Shown: positions 23,847 to 37,275, numbered from the whole stretch's first letter. The stretch: DNA of 51,691 nt, filler included, from Catajapyx aquilonaris (GCA_000934665.2; 2 parts of 2 records of this genome joined end to end with filler, not necessarily neighbours in it); one strand, 5' to 3'. Made by a program: numbers and translations. The notes: generated by a model not told the origin, from the sequence alone.

Positions 23847-24462
23847 AGGACTACTTCCTCTGAATACTGACGAGATGCCTCTTTAGAGACATATGGTCGA
23901 ATCACGGCTCTGGTGCCAGAAGGTGTTTGACAAATGAATAACCATGTAGTGGTGTGTTGCTGTCTCATGAACTTCTAGACTTAATCAGTATTGCCAAAAG
24001 GTGTGGTTTGCAATTCTCTAAACTAAAGAAAGGATATTTATAAAATGAGAAAATTATAAATGATGCCAATAACATACTGCTAAGGTATTGTACTGTGCAT
24101 TAGTTCTTCAATATACTACATGCTCGTAATTTCTGTTCATCGTGTAGTAGTTTTAGTGCTTTCAATGTTATTTTGTGTCTTTTCAGGTGTGGCGGAGGTG
24201 TGAGCTTCAACAAAAATGCAGCTGTTGTATGAAGGAATTAGGAAGCAACAATGACTATCTGAGGTATATGTGTACATAGTGGCCATGGGTGATCGTTTAA
24301 AATGTTAATTGCATCACAAAAAACTATGCTTCGAAGAAAATGTCAAACCGTCCTTAATTAATCCTTAGTCACGCAGCAACTCTTGCAACTTATTGCAACT
24401 CTTGCAGCTTATCTGAAAACCTATAGTGCAATGCGATACCATTAATTGAACACTTGTAAAGT

Positions 24463-25261
24463 AAATTAGATCAAAAACTTTCCCTTCAGTAAAAAAAGAG
24501 AAGTAAGACCTCCGCGGCGGAATGAAGGTACTGAAACAAGGCAGGCGCACGTAAGACCTTCACCAATTGATTTAAGCTGTACCATAGGTCTTACTCAAGC
24601 AATTACCAATTTACTATTCATGAAATCTCCTTTCTGAAAACAAATTTGTGGAATTTCTGTCGTACTACTGGTTACTTCTAACTTAGCAGTACCAGTGTAG
24701 TGCAATGGTACCGCTAAGTTAGCAGTAACTACAGACTTATAGTTAATAGTAATACTAGTAGTAGTACGAAAATTCCACCTATTAATTTTCCATGAGCCAC
24801 TCCATATTAGCGTTTTATTAAATATTAGGAACTTCAATATTAAGCACCTAGAATTTCTATGCGATTGGTGCGAATTATTTCCATGAAACATTCATGCAGA
24901 ATCGGCACCCCTTTTAGATGCTGATTTTAACTCTAACGTTTAATTTTTCACATGTAAACGTTAATTGGAGAATTTTAGAGGGTCTTTTCCGATTGGACAA
25001 GGTCTGTTAGAATGGGTTTAGTTTTTCTCCCATTTTTTTCTTTTCATAATAAAATCCTACCTACTGCTCTGAGTAGTTTGCAGCAGTCATTTTACGAGAC
25101 GTTCCATACCGTACCTGAGAATTGCTTGAGTAAGACCTATGGTACAGCTTAAATCAATTGGTGAAGGTCTTACGTGCGCCTGCCTTGTTTCAGTACCTTC
25201 ATTCCGCCGCGGAGGTCTTACTTCTCTTTTTTTACTGAAGGGAAAGTTTTTGATCTAATTT
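24463..25261. mobile_element. 799-bp segment bounded by perfect 142-bp inverted repeats (foldback/MITE-like, or an inverted duplication)
   Basis: 24463-24604 is the exact reverse complement of 25120-25261. Each arm carries three GTAAGACC motifs (two direct, one inverted). No clear TSD and no transposase. Confidence 0.7.
24648..24778. repeat. Nested palindrome inside the 142-bp inverted-repeat element
   Basis: Inner 24-bp stem at 24671-24729 with 2 mismatches; outer gtggaattt..cgtactact pairs with agtagtacg..aaattccac. Confidence 0.75.
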
Positions 25262-25451
25262 CAGTTCTTTTTTGACAGTAGGACCTACACATAACTTATG
25301 CTCTACACTATGAATCCATTGGAGACGATTTTCGTCGCTTAGAAGTTCCTAAAATTATTTTCACAGAGATAGTCGTAAAAAAACGAAAGTCGAGTGCTAC
25401 CAGCCAACGGTTACTCGGTTAGTCTGATTTAATTAGTCTGGCTTAATAGTA

Positions 25452-25796
25452 CAGTTGAATCCGGATAAAACAAACTTCAAGAGACTGCGAAAAAAGTATG
25501 TTATAACCGAGGTCTGTTATAGCCGAATCGTCACGCAACGAAAACATAAATTTCTGATTTCAATATAGCTGTACTATGCACTATACTAGACAACATACTG
25601 ATTAATGAAATCTGTCACAAATGCAATATTGGCTGACCCGAAAATTATGCAGGACCAAATTATCCGAAATTTCCTTCTGCCGTCTCCTTTTTGCATTGTA
25701 TACCTGGAAAACAGTACTGTATTTTCCCACCGAGGGTTTAAGAAATGGTCTGTCATACCGGAGGTGAGGTGAAAATGAGTCTGTTACATCAGGAGT
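25452..25796. mobile_element. Probable pogo/Tigger-type (Tc1-mariner superfamily) MITE, right end cut by the gap
   Basis: TA followed by CAGTTGAATCCGGATAAAAC, then subterminal GTTATAACCG/GTTATAGCCG-like repeats; similar motifs recur near 25750-25795. Recognised by resemblance to the TA|CAGT terminus pattern; the second TIR is not visible. Confidence 0.5.
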
Positions 25797-25896
25797 NNNN
25801 NNNNNNNNNNNNNNNNNNNNNNNNNNNNNNNNNNNNNNNNTTAATTAATTAANNNNNNNNNNNNNNNNNNNNNNNNNNNNNNNNNNNNNNNNNNNN
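25797..25896. other. Artificial contig-joining spacer
   Basis: 44 N + TTAATTAATTAA (stop codons in all six frames) + 44 N, with 25796 bp to the left and 25795 bp to the right. Confidence 0.97.
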
Positions 25897-28800
25897 TAGG
25901 AAAGCGTAGTCGATGGTTAACGAGCGAGGTCAAAGTTATCCTGGCCAGACTGTAACCCGCATGGCGGGACAATACTTGATTCACTGATGATACCACTCCA
26001 AGGCATGGAAAACAAAATTCTCCGACACACAGCAAATTGTTTGCCAATCAAGGTTATAACATTGAACCGCGTTATCAACTAGTATAAAAGGATGCGTCCC
26101 AAAGTATCGGCGTAAAAAGAAGCCCCTCAGGCCACCATTCACTTCGGACAATAATAATTTTGTTGTAACCCATTATTTTTATTCTAATGCATGTGTATTA
26201 TTTTCCATGATAATATCATAACATTGTAATCAACCAGTTCTGCCGGATGCCAACAGTCGGTGCATGTTGTGCTGTTATTTAATGAGCATGAGGGTCCGCC
26301 ACGCACATTTTTGAGGTGATGCAGCCCTAATATACTGAGAGAGAGACGGTAGAAGATACTCCCAGTCATTTTTCACTTGTCTCAAAAATCCTTACCGGAG
26401 GGATAGTGGAGTTATGCATCGAATGTATCGAACCACACACCAAAAGTCACGAAACTGGGCATATACCCTTTCACTCGAGTCCAAGCCGTTGCTCAACACG
26501 TGGTTGTGACGACTAATATTAATATTATATAGACCAGCTTTGAAACAGAACCTGATTATTAACACAGGCGGAGGCGCTTATTTTGCCACGGGTGTCTGCT
26601 ATATGTGTATCCAACCTATACGGGATATTTTAGCATGGTAAAATTCATGTGCCCGAAGCAATAATATTTCATTCATACCTTATGTATGCCGGTGTTTCAA
26701 TATTATCGGCTACAGGCAGGAGTATAGACCTAATGTATGTTAAGTAAGTTAAATAAGTTAGCCAGAAAGGGAGTGAATAGCGCACAGTGTAGAAGCAACT
26801 TCAGAAATTTCTCCTATATATTATAGCGACGGAATGAACAATACTGCAACATGTTGTCTCATCTTCCACTCCTGCAACCTCGACCGAGAAAATCCCAACT
26901 GATGTCCACTATAGACATCACTGATGGTCTGCCGCTATCCTTCCTGAAATTATATTAATCGTTGATATTTTACTAACAGACTTCAAGATTCGCTCCTTTT
27001 CTCCATCGCCCGAAATCCACAAATTAATACTTCTCCTTGATCGAATAAGCAGAATAATGACGAAAGGGACATGAATGACACAATAATACAAACTCCGCCA
27101 GCAGTTGGAAGAGACCAGAATGTTCCGACGAACATTTCGACACATTGTTATCAGACTTCTCATTCACAAAATGACCATCCCGTAACTAATAGTCTTGGTC
27201 ATCCGATCTGGGGTGATCTCCATCATGGAACCCGCGAGGTTCACGACAGAACTGGACGAGCAAGATGATCCATGCCCAGTGTGCAGGTAGACATCATCAT
27301 CCATTTTAGCATAGGGCCTATATACCATCGTTAACTCTTGAATATTGCACATAAAATAGGTTCAAAATAATTATTTTGGCTATACATTATGGTTGACCAT
27401 GCACTGGATGGACACGTAACTTTCTCTAGATTAAAACAAGTAAAACGTATCCTGCTGGCCCAGTGCATGTGATATGTACACAGACACTTTCCCAACCGGG
27501 TGATTCTACTCTCAATTGTGCAGGAGGCAGATCACAGTGTAAGCCTCCTTTTGATTGGATATTTCAGGCTGTTGGTCACATTTTATCATATTCCTTTATA
27601 CTGGCCATGTATAGTTTGGCTAATGACGATTGGGGCAGCCATCACCGAACAACACCGCTCTTCGCCCAGCAGCAATCAATGCAGAGGATACCTCGCCGAC
27701 GTTTATATGTACGTAGTACTTCATGCACTCCTTTTTTTGTAGGGTGATAAGACGGGAGGAAAATCCTTATTACCTTTTTTTCTGTCAAAATGATGTCATT
27801 ATTTTGGGATTGTAAACTTGAACTTTCAGCTGGATTGTCATCAGGAACGACAGGAACATCACGCATACCAACAGATAATAAGGCCAAATTGGGCAAAAGT
27901 ATATACCCACAACATGCGCACAGAGCACTTAATTCATACTCGACCAAATAAACCCCGCAAGGAGTCAACAATCTGCATCCGGGTCAAAGATGGGTTGGCA
28001 TTTTATCTCAATTCTCCAAATTGAGAATAATAACTTTGCTTATAATGAGGTTATATTATGTATACAATACACTTCAGTGCTTCATTCCTCATAAATGAAT
28101 GCTGATGGTCGTATGGAACCACAGGATTCGTATGAATGATACTTCTTTGGAATTGAAGAGATGCGAATGTAATCAACCATATACAACCCGCCATGAGCAA
28201 CATCAGCAACACTCTAGGGTCAAAGGGCGCCTTTTGTCACCAGCAATGGAAGACATCTATACTGCTGAGATAACCCGAAAGATTGGGATTGACAAAAAGA
28301 TCGACAGGATAGAGGAGCCAGCTGGCGACAGAATAACCCATGGCAACAGACGAACAATAGCTGCACAGAAACATGAAGAAATGTCAACAACAAGCAGAGT
28401 TGCCACTCTGAGGTCATACGATACATTTCAGAGGCCGTTGATAAGCTCTAGCAGGCCAATCCTACACTACAATCATATTGAAGGTGAAGCAAGCGGCATG
28501 AAGAACTCATCATCGCAAGAATAGCGCTCCACACCTGATCTCTCTCCGGCATGGAAACAAACAACTCAAAGTACAGAGCCAGCCGGAATCGAGTCAAAAA
28601 TCACTTCAACTGACAACGCAACTGCCATGCCTGTTGTAGCCAAAAATCAAATGAAGTCAGTCAACTGCTGGTTAAAGAAAACACTCCTCCCATGTGTCGA
28701 TATGTGCATATACGAGCTGACCTCTGACCTGTTTGACCCTTCGAACTCAGGCTGAAGAGTGACCACCATCCTCTCTCTTCTGTCGCTTCCTCCAGACTGT

Positions 28801-31663
28801 TTGGAACAGGTTTGTTGACATTCTATAGGGTCGCCATGTCCACATGCCACAGTGTCAGCAACAACGCCTCAGTGAACATTGCCAACCGGCTATACCTGAC
28901 ACTAGAGCCAACAGGAGAGACAAATCAACTCTCCGATTATATGCCAACAAGGACGAATCATGTTCAACAGACTAGCTCATGTTGGGTTGGCAGTACTGTA
29001 CAATGGTACAGTCTAGAGTATGTCATCTATTGCAGATAAGACTCAAGCCTACTTTGCACTACGCAAATGATTCCATTAAAGCCACGTACAACCCAGTTCG
29101 AACACTTTGTTTACGCAGCCACATGTTAGCCAAGTCCCTCCCTATATTAGTCATGGCATCACTGCGATATCAACAATATTACAGACACTGGATTGCACAT
29201 ATGTCGTCCATTTCCGTCGTATTGCATGTATGGACTCAATTAATCAGCAACAATTGCACAACACTGTATCGACATTACTTGGTGAGTTTTGACTCCGTAA
29301 GATCGTGTAATATGTGGCCACTTCCGACTTCCCTTGTGCTTGACAACCTTATCCTACCTCATCTTACGCCACAACCCCGCCATCAACTCCCAACTTCATC
29401 AGCGGGGGTCAAAAGAAAAAAGAAAGAAAAAGAAAACCTCGATCATCTCGAGATATGGGGAATGAATTCAAACAACGACGGCTATATTCAAGTCTCTAGA
29501 AGTTCTTTGATATGTGATATTTCTTCGATATCATGCCCAACCTCTTCTAATACTTGCTCTAGATCTGTGCCAGTCAATTTCAACAACCTATACCGCCGTC
29601 TTCCAACAGGACCATGCCACAGACTTATCGAAGTACCTTGCAGGAATCATTAAGGACAATGTAGCCCCAGAAAGTCTGCTTAGGTCCAAGCAACAAATTG
29701 TCCAACTTATACAGCACAGGGGTACGCTTATGAGAAAAAAAAACCATTTTATTGTAACATTCCAGTTGGAATGAAGTGTTTTTAAAACTCACAATCAGTA
29801 GTGGGCACTACAGCACGTGTTGCATCAGCCCAGAGCCAGGCGACATCGAGATCAGAGTACGACGGCGGTCAAGAAGACGAACATCCTGGTCCGTCTTGGG
29901 GTCACAGGTCAGTTGTAGTCAGCTGCACGGAGTGGCGTCGCGGAGGTCTGCGAAGATCAGATGTAGTACCAGCCTCCTGACTACTGCAAACTTGACTGCT
30001 CTTGACTACTGCATCGGACCAGCAGAAGCACCTGAACCTGATCAGCTGGTTGAAGAGGAAGCTGGACATTGAACTTTGGGGTTAAAAGATAACGGGAAAG
30101 TGTGATAAGAGTACTGGACACTCTTGTTGTATGATTGAACTGGAAATAATACACAAACGTAACCGAACTATCTGCTTAATTACTATATTTCATCTCTGCA
30201 CCTTATAATTTCCTTACAACATATCAACATTGTAACTTACCGGCAGGTATATTGGTCAAGTATACTATGTACGTCCCACAGAACGGAGCAAGCCGCTTAA
30301 ATAGAAGCTATTTACTGTATGCGTATTTTAATACCGACAGAAAAGACCAATCAAGTAATTGAAATTCATAAGGACCAGAATGCCGTTTCACTGATTTCGA
30401 GATTTCAAGGCTGCATTACTCCATGTAGGATGTCATTTTTTTGTAAATTAATTGCTACACAGGAGGCTCTAATGTTTCTATGAGAAAACTGACTCGACTA
30501 ACAGAAAGCATCTTTCGAGGAACGTATATCACATTATGAGCAGCTCAATTTTCAGAAAACGGTTCAATTAACAATATTGCCTCACTGATGAGTGATGACA
30601 CTTGCGCCATCTGAGAGACGCCTACCAGCAGCAGCACAACGTCAAGTTTTGTCATTTATTCGGTCAACTGTAATGGCACAATAATGTTCACGATATAACT
30701 AAGTCACTGAGGGACTAGGACACCGTCGACCCAGATTGCACTTGGCGGCGGATTCCAGGCCTCGACACAAGTTGTGCACCATCACACTAACAGCATCAGC
30801 CAACTGGAAAAGTAACAAGCAATCTAATGTATTCCACACTATAATACAGTATTGTAACAAAGTGACCAGAGTGGGCTGCTCATTCCTGTAGGCCACAGAC
30901 CTGACAAGCAACAAATGTAAAATAAGACGCGCCCATCAAAATAATATATTTGGTTATTTTCCCGCCAACATGACTCTTATTGAGAGACTTTGTTGACCTC
31001 ATCACGGTCACTCAATGCATTTCCCTCTCTTGACATTGCCCGAAATTTGATTACACCACTAACTTGTTTTTGCCATATTATAACAACTGTTGTCGTCACA
31101 TGAGGTAATCATGTTATTGTTCATTGATATTAAAAATGAATTCATTGGTTAGAGACGAACGCGCTCGGAATGTGGTGATTGTGATTGTGACGGGAGTAAA
31201 ACAGCAGAAAACAATGAGTTCAAAAATCCACTGCTTTATATATATATATTATATTATGACGCCTCAAGTCCTTATTGTCCTTGATAATGCACGACGAGTC
31301 CAACAAGCAACGGGCACAAGAGTATACTGTATAGTGTGTGGCAACTAATTCCGTTTCTTCGTGATACGCAGTCCGTAGCGTCGGATATAATATTGTTGCT
31401 GTGGAGCAGGACACCTGCTGTATACAGACAACAACAACAGTCTGTACAATAATGTGAGTGCTGCACAACGGCTACCATGCACTCGCCGGTGTTAGTGTGT
31501 CACCTCCAATAGATCGTGTCGTATAGTAACACTGCAATTAAATCGAGTTTATTCATGCAAGCCTTTGAACATAATTATGCTCTTTTTTCAGTCGTTATAG
31601 AAGATACCGTGTCTTATTGAATTAAACAGATTATTAGTGTACAACGACTTCTTGATTATGGAT

Positions 31664-31755
<92 letters not shown>
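31664..31755. repeat. Compound (ATC)n(ATT)n microsatellite
   Basis: Directly visible. Confidence 0.97.
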
Positions 31756-31757
<2 letters not shown>

Positions 31758-34700
31758 GTTCTTCTGACGATATCGAATGAGACGCCACGCGACATTATGG
31801 CGCCTCGTGGATTTTCAGTCCGTTCAATGTGTATAGGACGAATAATCGTTCTTTCTTGGTGACATGACGAGAAGCTGGAAGTGGGAGGACGTAAAGGAGA
31901 AGACACATGTGGCCCGTTCTTGCTTCACTCGCCAGTTGTTTATATTGTCATTTTTAATGTTTACATTTACACTGGATGTGTGTGCGTAGGCTATAGTATA
32001 GTATGTGTTTGTTTCGTAAATTCCATCGATCTCATCATCATTATTCCTTTTGTGTACACATGGCCAGTCACCAGAGGATTCACAATTGGATTAACATGTA
32101 TACAGGTCATGTGAGAAGCCAAGGTGTTGTGTTCAGCATCCTGATCATCGCTGGCTACCCCGTCAAGGGATTATGCCATAATAATGAAATGAATGAACGA
32201 TTGAATGAATGTGAACAATATTAATATGATTGTATAGTAATAGGCTATACTTCAGAATTATGTATAGCAGCCGCTTCTCCGTTTGATTCCTATGTTAGAG
32301 GCTTACCACATTTTCCGAAGAAGAACTCGCCATTGCACAGAATGTTACAGACAGTCAAAAGTGGAGGCGCGAGTCACATGTGTCGAAGGAATAATATTGG
32401 CATTGTTGGTGCGTGGAACAGAATCAACCACCCCACAGGTTCAAACCAACCAGAGACGAGTAAAACCAGATGGTGTGGTGGACGAAGCATTTTAAAACCA
32501 CTGCAGTGATCGCCAGTGGAGGAGACGTCATAGAAGATATACCATTATGGCGCGACTGGGTCACCTGACAACATCATCCCATGGACGTACAAAGGCAGTG
32601 GAAGCAGTTAAACAACTTAGATTACAACTTAGGCGGGTGCATCTGACGCCCTCTCTCCATTAATCTGCGAAAATATGTAACTTACCACTTCACGTATAGG
32701 TCTATAACAAGATACATGCAGCCAGCAGGAGCGGACTTTGGTGACACTTGCATTAATTTTTGTCAAGTTGGATAATATACAGTAATAAAATGTCAATGCG
32801 AATACAGGTACACGGGGGGCCATCCTCGGGGCTCGGGTGACTGAATATGTAAACATGTCTGCCATCGTCTTGTAGGCCGGAGCCCGACGTGTGTAATCAA
32901 CATCCGTTATTCCTACTTTGCCGGCATCATTAGGTCTAATAGGTCAGACTGGGCCAGACAGAAATGAGGTGTGGTTACAAACGAGTTTCAACGGAATGGA
33001 TGATACAGAATAGGTGTGATATACGTATGCGACCTGACTTATGAAGTACACGGTATGACCCAGCCATAACTGAGAATCCATATATCTAACGTACAGTCTC
33101 TAACGCATACTCATTAAGAACTGGTCACGCCCTGGGCCGATATTCGAACCCGCTGGTAGATTAACAAATTGGAGTATCTTATACTTCGTGTGACACTCGG
33201 TGTGACATCACTTTAGACAAGAAACAGACACTCCAATATTACAAATGTAATAAGGTAAACCTACCAATATACTGTATATGCGGATTTTGGGTTCTGCACA
33301 CATGACACCCAAAAGAAAAAATAATAATGTTACAGATATGTCTGGATATAGTCCATTTCGTGCTCTATACCTGAATCTGTTTTGCCCTTTTTGTGACACC
33401 TTCAATCCAATTTGTGCCACCTGTTTTTGTCCATTTCATGACACCCCTTTTTCTTTCCGAATTTTCTAATTTTAATTTCTATTGTGAAAACCAGTTTTTC
33501 TGGTATGATGGCAGTTCTCGATTTTGTCCGAGTCTGGCGCACTCTATCACTGATGATTTTATCCCTCTTTCTGACGAGGATGTACATTGCACTCCCTATT
33601 ATCAGTGCATTTGAGAAAGTAATGTTGGACATACTGCACATCTTGGAATGGATTGACTACTCGCACCAGTGGTACATGATATACCACCAGAAAATCCTAT
33701 ATCAACTGCCTATACAAAATAAAGGCCAAATATTTGGTCATGTCAGTGGTAGTTAACGATTAGAAACGACGAGGAAGAGATTGCATTGCACTGTACTGTA
33801 TAACATCCGTTGCAATCTTGGAAACACAGGCACCCATTGCATTGCAAGAGCATTACAGAAGCAGTGGTCGCTTCGAAGCCAACTTTGAGCTTGACCCTCG
33901 GATTAGCGGACACTAAACGGCTTGCCTAAGATGAGAATGACCGATCCTTACAAATGAAGTACAATATTGAAGAGTTTTAAGAGTAAAAACGTCAGGTTGG
34001 CAGAACACGTATAATTTTATATATAGTTGTTCTTATGTGTTCCACTGCTTACTGGGCATGTGTAAGATATATGTAAAAGCACTCATTTGATGGAGACTAC
34101 TACATTATCTTGGAAATGGAATCCCATTGACATCTTCAGCTGAGTCAGAATTTTACAGGTGAGACGGGAAAAAATTGTTAATTTTTATTGTGTCTGAATA
34201 TCGAGTGATCATAACAGCACAGATAAAATCTAGACTGCGCAGGCACTTGAATTGCAGTGTGACACACACCATACAGGCACCACCCTCATACATAAATACT
34301 GGAAATGTAGTGAATTAGACGTGCCTTTTTGAACCATTGCCATCTAATAGACACCTCGGACCTCCCTATACGATATCTCGTATATAGTGAGCTGTCTTAC
34401 TATACCAGCATGAGAAGGGCAATATCACGGGGCCGTAAAAACAAAACAAATTAATAAACCAGCATGAGTAATATTTGTGAGGTATATAGTATTGTTGAAC
34501 CCTGGCAGTGGCTCCGTGGTCCATGATGAGCCTCCATATTGCCTAATATATTTTCTCAGCCTGCTATTTGTTTGGTCGGCCACTCAACATACTGACGAGA
34601 CAACAAAGAACCGTGATCCTGGTTTTGCATGGCATACGGCGAATTTACCGGCGACAAAAATATTGACTAGGCTACGAAGAAGGTCGTGGGTTTGCTATTA

Positions 34701-34774
34701 GAGCGTCACTACTAACAAGTATCAACAAATAATTTATGTATATGATTTGGCCAAGTGTTGGCCGCGAGAAATGC

Positions 34775-34887
34775 CAAAGGCAACAAAGGACAAAGGCAGA
34801 CAAAGGCAACAAAGGACAAAGGCAGACAAAGGCAACAAAGGACAAAGGCAGACAAAGGCAACAAAGGACAAAGGCAGACAAAGGCAA
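34775..34887. repeat. 26-bp minisatellite, 4.3 perfect copies of CAAAGGCAACAAAGGACAAAGGCAGA
   Basis: Units start at 34775, 34801, 34827 and 34853, with a partial unit at 34879. Confidence 0.95.
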
Positions 34888-35165
34888 ATGGCTAAGACTG
34901 ACTAATTTGCCAGTCAGGGATGCTGTATGATGACAAGACTCTCAGAAAATCTTTTTTGTTTCACTATAGGTCTAGTCGGTCAGCGGTTTTTTAAAAATAA
35001 ATTACCGATTTTCCTGCCCAATAATATTTATGTCTAATAATTAATCTCTTCACCTGTCACCTCATTGCAGTATATAGGCTACATACTTATAAAAAATAAT
35101 GCATCATGGGCTATACTCATATGTTGCTGGTTGACATGGTAACATATTATTCCACGCGAAATTCG

Positions 35166-35281
35166 ATGGTCACTTCACTTTGACGTCGAAAAGTAATGAA
35201 GAAAGGCAGGCAGAAATGCCTTTCTGTGCTCTCTGTCTACCTTTCTTCATTACTTTTCGACGTCAAAGTGAAGTGAACCAT
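35166..35281. repeat. Palindrome/hairpin with a 37-bp perfect stem
   Basis: tcacttcactttgacgtcgaaaagtaatgaagaaagg (35170-35206) pairs with 35240-35276; imperfect pairing extends inward and outward. Confidence 0.9.
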
Positions 35282-35792
35282 TGCTATACCCAGCACCCAA
35301 TAATTCTAAGCGTAGCCAATCTCCAATGTACTGCGTCATCCGTCTTTCCTTATTTCAGCAGACAAGAAATCTCGACTATGGGCAATGGAATAGAAATTAT
35401 TAACCAGCATTCACTTTGTTTACCAGTGTTCTAATGTTTGTATTTTTGTACTGCTCCTCAATTTACATAGGCAACCAACATGGCACCTATACCCCCATTA
35501 CCTTTACGAAGATATCGCTCGGAAATAAGTATTCGGAAAAGTCATCTTCAACATGGACGGACATGAGGGCACATTTCAAACTCATGGAAATGTCAAGAGG
35601 AGAGTTAGACAGACTCAGGAATGGGCTCGTCAATGAACATAAAAACATAAGTCACGTCAATGAAAAATACACCCTAACACCTTTGGGTGTTTAGTAGCTG
35701 TTAACCGTTAACTATGTTGGTGGGGGAAACACCTTTAACTATATGTAGGTGGAACATGAGCAGCTCCACCGGTATGTTTAAATCTCTGCTAT

Positions 35793-35836
35793 GTGTTGAC
35801 GTGTGTACTCTTTTTGCAGTGCTACCAAACACACTG
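35793..35836 (+). repeat. 44-bp dispersed direct repeat, copy 1
   Basis: gtgttgacgtgtgtactctttttgcagtgctaccaaacacactg; 43/44 identical to 37276-37319. Confidence 0.9.
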
Positions 35837-36623
35837 GGAGGATTCAGTCTGACTGAATCCTCTAGCTTGGAACAGTCTGTTGATTTCTTGTATCTTCCCC
35901 TGGTAGCCCAAGACAACAATCCGAATGTTGACAACAATCCAGGATTCCAACAGCACAGTAGAGATTATTAGTCTTTCCGTTCCATTTCCACCATTGGAGC
36001 AATCGAACCAAAGATAATCGAGCCACACGCAGCATCACCGATCCAACTGGACCTATAGTCTATAGGCTGGGTCCACTATTTATACCCTATGTAGCCTATG
36101 TGTTGTATACAGTAGTAGACAGTAGCGCCATACGGCCAGGGAGGGGGGGGGGGGAACTAGCCACATGCGTGTTACCACCTCACCACCAGTTGTTAACAAG
36201 TTGTATACCGACGAAGTAAGGACCGAATAAACGAGTGCTACGAGACTGTACTATAGTGTATGTAAGTTTACTAGGCAAAGACTATCTTGTTGAGTCAAGA
36301 TCAGCCTTCTGAAGATTTCATGAACATTTTGATTGCACATCAAGATGTTGATTCGTGTTGTCAAAAAGCAAAACATAATAAATTATTATTATTGTCTGCA
36401 TAACTATTCCAGGTTGTCATTGGTCAAAATCAGCTGGTCAGAATTGTGTGAATCATTATTTAATTCAGGCTATGAATGGTATTTTATTGCGCTTCCGACT
36501 GGGAATGGCCCATTGGAACAATATCGGCATTGAACATCAATGATCTATTGTTGCTTTTTGGCAGACAAGACCGACTTGAAATGGTCCACGCTCATGCAAC
36601 AGGATCTAAATAGGGACTCGTGC

Positions 36624-36624
<1 letters not shown>

Positions 36625-36660
<36 letters not shown>
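36625..36660. repeat. (TAA)n microsatellite
   Basis: Directly visible. Confidence 0.95.
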
Positions 36661-36663
<3 letters not shown>

Positions 36664-37275
36664 TTAAACCATTGCTATAGGTTTTTGTCGCAAAAGCTGC
36701 GAGGTGAATTTGCAGGAACTTATTTGCGACCCAAATCCGACGAGTTCATCGCTGTCAGACTGGTAGTGGCAGTCCGACAAACACTGTTGACAAACCAATG
36801 AAGCGGCAGGAGTTGAGGCTCCATCATGCCTATACAAGGACGACACTGCCTGGACATCTGGATTCTGGCACATCACTGGCTAATAAATTCGGCCACTTTC
36901 CTTCGCCAGTTGCATCATAATACTCTGTCAATAAGGCACCAACTATAATATATGCTTGACCTACTGTCGCTATATTTCGACCAATATAGACCATGATTCA
37001 GGCCCCAGACGGTGGAAATAGTTTTGTAAGAATGTCTAGGACTGTAGGTATTTGGAATAACGGCTTGTATATACACTGTAGCCTACACTTGTACAGTATA
37101 ATAAAAGACATTGAAGGAAGGGCACAGCAGACAGTTTCCCGGAGAAGATCTTCCAATGCGGTTGGTTCGCAACGCCATACACGACAACATATCGTTTTTC
37201 GGAAGGCACCTTCAAACATTTCATTTTCGTTTGGTTAAGGTACGTGTTTACAATAACCTATTTGTTTTATGAAAA

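Noticed and set aside
24187..24263. Plus-strand exon-like segment (ttttcag|...GAG|gtatat)
   Set aside because: No partner exons and no recognisable peptide.
28979..29653. Longest ORF in the window (224 aa)
   Set aside because: Non-ATG start, no recognisable motif and an atypical composition; not called as a gene.
33120..33160. B-box-like GGTTCGAAT on the minus strand suggesting a tRNA
   Set aside because: No cloverleaf or A-box could be built; at most a SINE remnant.
34775..34887. CRISPR-like periodicity
   Set aside because: Identical tandem units with no unique spacers, no cas genes, and a eukaryotic context.
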